Shown in pieces: positions 47,426-64,000 of a DNA stretch of 64,000 bases (within the stretch, counting starts at the first letter, position 1; each line of letters opens with the position of its first letter). The translations under genes and the position numbers were made by a program. Under the pieces are notes generated by a model. The model saw nothing but the letters and a program-made list of their open reading frames with translations. It did not search any database and had not been told where the DNA came from. The stretch lies in the NCBI RefSeq assembly GCF_009914755.1, contig NC_060939.1. One strand, 5' to 3'. Source of the stretch: the human T2T-CHM13v2.0 reference genome, Homo sapiens.

Positions 47426-50400
47426 TAAAAAATAAAAATAAAAAATTACAAGGTATTATGTGGCCCATTGAAAGATGTTGGAAAACAGTTGTGCATGTGA
47501 CCCAGCTGTAACCAGTTATAAAAGTGTCAGGATCATTAAGAAATGTACTGTGTCTGGCTTTCCCAAGTTTGGGTTCCTGCTGAAGGAATGAGATGGACCT
47601 TTTCTGCCTCCCCTCCTCACCTCCCTGCAAGAACCAGGATTGTGCATTTTGACGGGCAGGCTCTTACCTCTGACAGGCCACAGGGGGCATGCAGAGCCTT
47701 TCTGCATGTGCTTTTTGGGCACTCGGATAAAGACCCCCTGTCCAGGCCTTTGTTTAGGATATTTGGCCCATGGAGAAATGAGGCTGGAATCACCTGGGAG
47801 GGATAGAGGCTTCAACTGGAAGGAGGAGTGACCTGAACTCCAGGTTGTGGGCCTACGCTTTGTTCCCATGCAGCACCTCGTTAGTGGTGACTGAGGCCTG
47901 GAAGTCAGGGGCCTTGGTGACCAAGTGTTGAGTGGACAGGAGGAGCTAAGGGAGGTGAGGGGCATCTCTCCAGTACTGACCCCTCCCCATGCCCAAATCA
48001 ATGCCCTCTATCAGCTCAGACACAGCCCCACCCAGCAGCAGTGCGGGTCAGGAAGGGCAAATGCAGTCGGCACGGATCTGCTCCATAGTCTCCACCTCAC
48101 TTCGTCTCGGGTTGAGGGGAGTGAGTCCCCACAGCACTGATATGATATCCTGTCAGCTGAGAACATCCAGCTTGATTTAGACAGATAAGGTGGGACATCT
48201 CTAGGGCATGGTGTGTGGAGCAGTGCCATCCCTCTGTGGCAGCGAGCCAAGCAATAAACCAGAATGTGCAAAACCTGCGTCCCAGAATCACCATTCCTGG
48301 AGGAAAAGCCTATATTGTCAAGATGCCCACAACTAAATTAACCCAAACATTCCACCCAGCCTCGAAAAACCAGTAGAACTTTGACATTAATACACTAACC
48401 CTCAGTTCTATACGGAAATGTGTAAGAATAGCCAAATAATGTAACGTGCGGTCATTGAGAGAGAGAAGCCCGTCAGAACAAATGGAACCAAGTCCAGAAA
48501 CATGTTTGTCTAGGCGCAAGATGCCAGCATGTGTGTCAGCCAGGGAAGCAGACCAGGAGGAGATATTAAGATTTAAAACCCAGCTCTGTAGCTCAGGCCT
48601 ATAATTTGAGCGCTTTGGGAGGCTGAGGTGGGAGAATCACTTGAGCCCAGGAGTTTGAGGCAGCAGTAAGCTATGATCGTGCCACTGCATTCCAGCCTGG
48701 ATGACAGAGCAAGACCCCATCTCAAAAAAAAAAAAAAAAAAGTGCTCAGATGCACCCTTACATGAAGCCACCTTTGGCACAGCTTCCAAGACTGGCCAGG
48801 CCTCACTCAGGACCATGGGTCCCAGCCATAGCTCAGTTTCCACTGCCTGAGTGGCACAGAGTCCTCAGTCCAGTCTCTATTGGGTCTCAGATCCCCCGAT
48901 CATGCCCCTTCTGCCCAACCTCTGCCCCATTATGGCCTCCACTGACCACAGCCTCTTCCACCTTCCCAAAGGGACCACTGCTCATGTTCTCCAGCCCACA
49001 GGAGTGCCTGCTTCTCCAGGCAGCCCACCCTGCTAGCTCTGGGCTCTATGTAGAAGAGCTGGGAAGGCTGGATCCCGCCACTGAGTTCAGTCTCGGGGGT
49101 CTCCACCCATGCTAGGCTTCCACTGATGGGACATAAGTGGCCTGAGGGTTGTTTACATCCACACAAGAGCCCCATGGTGACCAGGAATGGGGTTCTGAGA
49201 GGTTACATGACTTGCCCAGGGTCCCAGAGCTGGCTAGAATTCCTGCACTGCCACATTTGGGCCTCCCAGTTGGGGGTCCGGACACCCCTCTGCATCTACC
49301 AGGCTGAGAAACACGTGTCTGCTGCAGCTTCCTCCCAGTGACTTATAGCAGCTGCAAATTTTTGGGGGGCCTTCTACGGGGCCCACCACAGCAGGGAGCC
49401 AAGAACTCTTAACAGAGCCCTGTGTTCTCTCTCCGCCCCCTTCAGCTCCGAACTCATGTACTAGCTGCTCTGATGTAAAAACAGACCTTGGTGAGGATGT
49501 TGGGACTCTGGCCAGTAGCCCAGGCCTTCAGGAATCAGGTGATGTCAATCTGGAGAGGAGGTGCCTGCTGCGGGGAGCAAGCATGGGCCAGGGTCCTGGC
49601 CCCCTGCAGGGGTAGCCCCTCTTCCTTCCCATGGTCCCATCTGAAGGCATCCAGGGTAGAGTGCAGTGTTCAGCTGTGTCCTGGGGTCCAGGAAAGCCAA
49701 GGAGAAGTTGCTCCACCTGCTGTCCACCAGGTACCCCAGCAGAGAACAGCCTCAGCCCACCCCAGCCCAGCACCAGATCCCAGGGACTGATCCACCTGTA
49801 AGAGGGCAGCATGGGACTGCCCCCATTGCCCCCAGAGAGTCCCCTCAGTCATGGGCTCTGACCAGGGTGCAGGTGGGCCCAGCAGGCTGGCCCAGCATGG
49901 GTGTGGCTGCCCATTGGTCCTCTGAAGAGCCTCAGGGGCTTGTGGCAGCAGGTGTATGTCTGGGCTTGGAAGCAGAGGATGTCCCGCAGCCAGAAGGCAG
50001 GGGGCACTTGTTTTGCATTCCAGTCCTCTGCAAGGACAGGGACCCCAGGCTCTGGGCACCCCAGCTCTGCCCACCCTACACCCACAGCCTACCACCATTT
50101 GGCCCAGGCAAGTTGCCCCAGCTCCCACAGAGGGAGCCACCCTTCCCACCTCCTGATGTTTGCCCACCCCAGTCAAGTTCCATTCTGGAAAAACCCTCCA
50201 CATCCTTGGGAAGGCACCTCCTCCTTGACTCCTTTCCAGTGCTATCATCCCCACGTTCATTTTCTACCTATCATTGGATGCAGAGACCCGCTTCTTCCCT
50301 GGGCCAGGGCTGCTCTGGAGGCAGGGAGGTTGTGACCAGGCTGTGGGGTATAGCAGAGCACCGGGTATAGACCAGACTCCCCAGGCACACCTGGGCAGAG

Positions 50401-52129
50401 AAGTCAGAGACCCACAGGTGAATGCCCCTCTTTCCAGCCCCACCCACCTCACAGGCAGAAAGAGGGAGGCTTCACAAGGAGGTTGAGGTAAATAGGGAGC
50501 CCGGGTCACCTCTGTCTGATCTCCTGCCCTCCTGGGACAAAGCCAGAGGTTGGAGCTGGGAGGTGTTGAGAGCCCTGGCCCAGCCCTGGTTTCACTGATG
50601 AGGCTCAGGGAGGGGCTGGGTCAGCCTAAGTCACTGGGTCCATAAGGAAGGGCCCTTTCCATAACCCAGGACCCTAGAGCTAGCCGAGGCCACATCCCTT
50701 TCCCACGTAGACCAAGTAGGGGCATGAACTGGCTTCTGGCTTCTAAGGCCGAGGCCCAGCACACCTCTCCCTCCCCTTGCCTGCAGCTGTTGTCACACAT
50801 CAAAAGTGCTTTTTTTCCCCCAAGGTGCTGGAGGCGCAGCTCCTTGGGCTGGACCAGGTGGCCAATCCAAACAAGTCCTTGTGTGTCCCCCACCAGCCAG
50901 GAATTCTCATGCCATGCAGCAGCTGGGGGCACTAGGATACCCTGGGGGATTCCAGGGATGAGCCCTCCCTGAGGCTCCTACAGCAGCACTGCCACCCCCA
51001 GACCTGCCACCAGCTCCGTTTCCATGCAGCCTTCAAGAACCTGGCCCCTCACACACACCTGCCCCACTCCTCACACCTGGCTTTCCTGTGAAACGTGGAA
51101 CTGGTTCCACCTGGGCCAGCTGGAGAAGGGCCTCAGGAAATCACCATTTAGGGGGTTCGTTCCAATCATTCATTCATTTATTCACCAAATACCCACTGTC
51201 CACCTTTCTGTACCAGGCCAGAGGTGATGGGTCAAGCAGAACACATGTCCCAAGGAGCTTTCCTCTCTTTAGAGACAGGCAGGTGGACTCTCACACCATG
51301 AGGTGCCCTCTGGGCTAGGGGGTGCCCAGGGCTGGATGCAGGGGCGGCCCTCGCCCACAGGAGGTGCTGGTGGGTACTGACGTGGAGGCCACCAGGGGGT
51401 GAGGGTGTCCAGACAGAGGACCTAGCATGTGCCCAGGCCCAGGGTGTGACCGGGGGCAGGTGCAGGGCTGCTGTATCTGGAAGGCTTCCTGGCTCTGCCA
51501 ATGATAGGCTGTGGCTGGATCAGGCTTCATGTCAATTTTTAACATTTAATAAACTTTGATTATGTAACTAAACATTGTGATAAAAATTGTGAAATATAAA
51601 AGTTAAAAACACAAAAACCAGCAAACCCCTTCTCTCCCCAAGTAACTACTTCAACAGTATTTTCAGACTTTTTTTCTCATGTATCTGCAGCTATAAACAT
51701 AAGCTGCACAAGATAGTATCCTTCCCCATATTCTACTTTGGAGCTGGATTTTTCACTCAGCAGTGAATAGAGGCAGGTTTTAAACAGGCCACGCATTGTG
51801 AGGGCCCTGGGAAAGGAGACTGACCATGTTGCTGGGTGACCTTGGGCAAGTCTCGCCCTCCTCAGAGCCTGGATTTCCTCAGTCCGGTGAAGGGCAGGAA
51901 GGGCTGCAGTAGGACTACATCAGCGCTTCCCAAACTCAGAACCGCCACGTGGAGCTGTGTGAGCTGTCACTGCACAACCCCAGGGGCAGGAGCATTCTTG
52001 TCACGGCCTCTGTGAGTGGGGCTCCTGCCCAAAAGTGTGCTGTGCCAACCTGGGGCCCACAGGAGGATTTTAGGCGATATGCGGATGAATTGATTTTTAC
52101 CATTTCCTTCTATCTGTAGTGAATGAGAC

Positions 52130-56885
<4,756 letters not shown>

Positions 56886-58414
56886 GATATATAAACAACA
56901 TCCTGCAACCTCTACATGTGGCCATGATTGATAACAGGGACCAGATTTGCCTCCCACCTTGAACAACTAGAAAAATGGAACAACATATATAAAACAATAG
57001 TTTTCGGACATTGGAGAACAGGTCGAGCAGAACTATGATCCCTAAAAGAAGGTGAACCCTACAGTGTCCTCAGTTTACTGCCGGAAGCAATCACAGGCTC
57101 CAACACAGCAGGGGAAATCCAAAGTCCAGTGACGTGTACACCACTCTTGAGCTGTTTTCTATTAACCTCCAGGTCCTTCAGGCCAGCCCTCCTGGGGCTC
57201 TGCCTTGGGAATTGGTATTGGTAACAAAGGGAATAGAGAGGAACATGCATAGAGCTCTCCATTTAGACTGACATATTCACACTGGGTTCCAGTTTCAGCT
57301 GAGAGACTGTAAGCACATCGCTAGCCCACTCTAATCCTGTATCCTAGCTGTGTAATCACCTATTTCCCATCAATTGCAAGGCTGGAGAGAAAAGTGCCCA
57401 CTCTGGCCAGTACACAGTAGGAGCTTAGTAAGCTTAAGCTCGCTTGCTTCCCCACTATCCTAACGTATTAGGGGAAAGACAGAGATGTGGGGAATGGCAC
57501 CTGGGAGGCTCCAGCTGTATGCTTCACAATCCTACCAATGAAAAATCTGAATTAGGCTTCAGTTTCCCTTCTACAAAATGAGACAGGACAGGAGTGGGTA
57601 GGAAGAGGAGGAGCTGGGCTTTGTTGGTTTAAGCTGGGCCCTTCTGATTCTGTAACGTGAACTTCACTGTTGGGTCCAGCCCATTCCCCTGCCGGGGCTT
57701 CGCGTGCTCTGTCTTTTGGCCAAGTCCAAGTCTGTCCAGGGTTGGGGTGGGGAGAAGCAGTTCCCCCATATAACCTGCAGGTGGCACCAGAGCCGCGCGG
57801 GAACCGAGGGTTCTGTTCCAGCCTTCCTGGAGACTCGGGCAGGGTGGGGTAGGGCGAGGCAGAGGTGGTGCACACCGCTCAGCTGGGCAGCGGCACGCAG
57901 CTGTGGATCAGCCCACACCGTTTAAAATGGACACATGGGTCGTCCGGCTAATTTCCTCTCTTTGGTAGGGTGAGCATATGCTTTATCATCCAAATCCAGA
58001 CACTTCGGAAAGTGAAAGGGGGCACTATCATAATTGCACCAGGATAGTCATAACCTTAGCTGTACCTTGCAAACCAGAACCTCTGGTCACCCTACTGTCT
58101 GATCACTTTTTCTTCCTTGTTTCTATTCTTTTAATTGTTTTTTTCTTTTTAAACACACAGCGTTTTCTTTCCCCAAGGCCCACTGTTTTTGAAAATGCTG
58201 TTGCATTCGTGATATTTTCGACCAGGCAACATCTGCCTTGGCATCTTGAGTCTGAACAGTCTCTCTGAACCCATCCCAAAGGCTGGTTTTAGCTTCCAGT
58301 CAGAAGATTCTGTTCTTGGCTTGCCATCTCCATGACTCAAGAATTAAAGATGTCAGATGTGGAACAGTGACCCTTATATCAACTCTGGTGCCTCTTTGCT
58401 ACATTTATTCCTGC

Positions 58415-61580
<3,166 letters not shown>

Positions 61581-61797
61581 CCTTGTTTCCATCTTCTCAG
61601 GACTCAGGGCTCTCAGAGAGTGGAAAGAGTCTTGTACCATGAGTCCAGGATCGACTGTGCAACCTTGCCCCAGCGTCTTCCCTCTTGAGATCTTGTTTAT
61701 AATAATATCCTTACCCACCAATTAGGGTTATTTTGAAGACAAAACAGAAAGGATAACAGAGTGATGGCAATGTTGTATAGTTTCAAATAAAAATTAA

Positions 61798-62165
61798 CGT
61801 TGACCAAAAAGAGGTCTGACCTTTGTCCTAGACTCCTGGGAGGTAATCTTCGACACATAATGCCTAATAGGAGTATCTTTGCCTGGGGATCTTGGATCAT
61901 AATGGATAGTCTAATAATGAGATTTAGGGTGGGGTCTAGCCAGGCCAGGAAATCCGACTAAGAGATTTAGAGTCTGGGCTTTAGGTCACCCCTGGAAGGA
62001 CTGGAAACTGAAAACTGAGAGGATCCACATGGACAATCAAGCATGCCTCTGTGATGAAGTTCCAGTAAAAACCCTGAACACTGAGGCTTGAGGGAGTCTC
62101 TCTGGCTGGGAATACTCCATGTGTATTGGCACATATCAAAGCCAGAAGGGTAATGCACTGCCAGA
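61798..62165. mobile_element. ERV LTR fragment (MER21-like)
   Basis: GGTCTGACCTTTGTCC..CTCCTGGGAGGTAATCT..GGCAATACTC-like motifs. Confidence 0.55.

Positions 62166-64000
<1,835 letters not shown>

Noticed and set aside
49666-50370. 234-aa ORF and overlapping 196-aa antisense ORF
   Set aside because: No recognisable domain; open frames on both strands reflect GC content. Considered only as possible decayed mucin-like sequence.

Overview
Primate (human-like) genomic DNA, Alu-rich, from the chromosome 15q24-type segmental-duplication mosaic. Left to right: a 3'-truncated CSPG4 pseudogene (+, exons 5-9) joined to the 3' end of a DNM1 pseudogene (+). Next is an 18-exon GOLGA6-family golgin copy (-, 13407-25051) with an open 707-codon frame and one dead splice donor. 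It carries an intronic 7SL fragment and a ~3.5-kb insertion in its 3' UTR. Then come a fossil gene of three SEA-domain modules plus a hydrophobic C-terminal exon (-, ~30.9-37.0 kb; Trcg1-like by inference) and a partial COMMD4 copy (-, exons 1-6). The last 20 kb is repeat-dominated and ends in an old L1. From memory, this gene order matches the CSPG4P13 / DNM1P9 / LOC645752 (GOLGA6FP) / COMMD4P1 block between LINGO1 and TBC1D2B, but I cannot confirm which paralogous copy this is. The most notable signal is the decayed multi-SEA membrane-protein gene, which the ORF track shows only in fragments.
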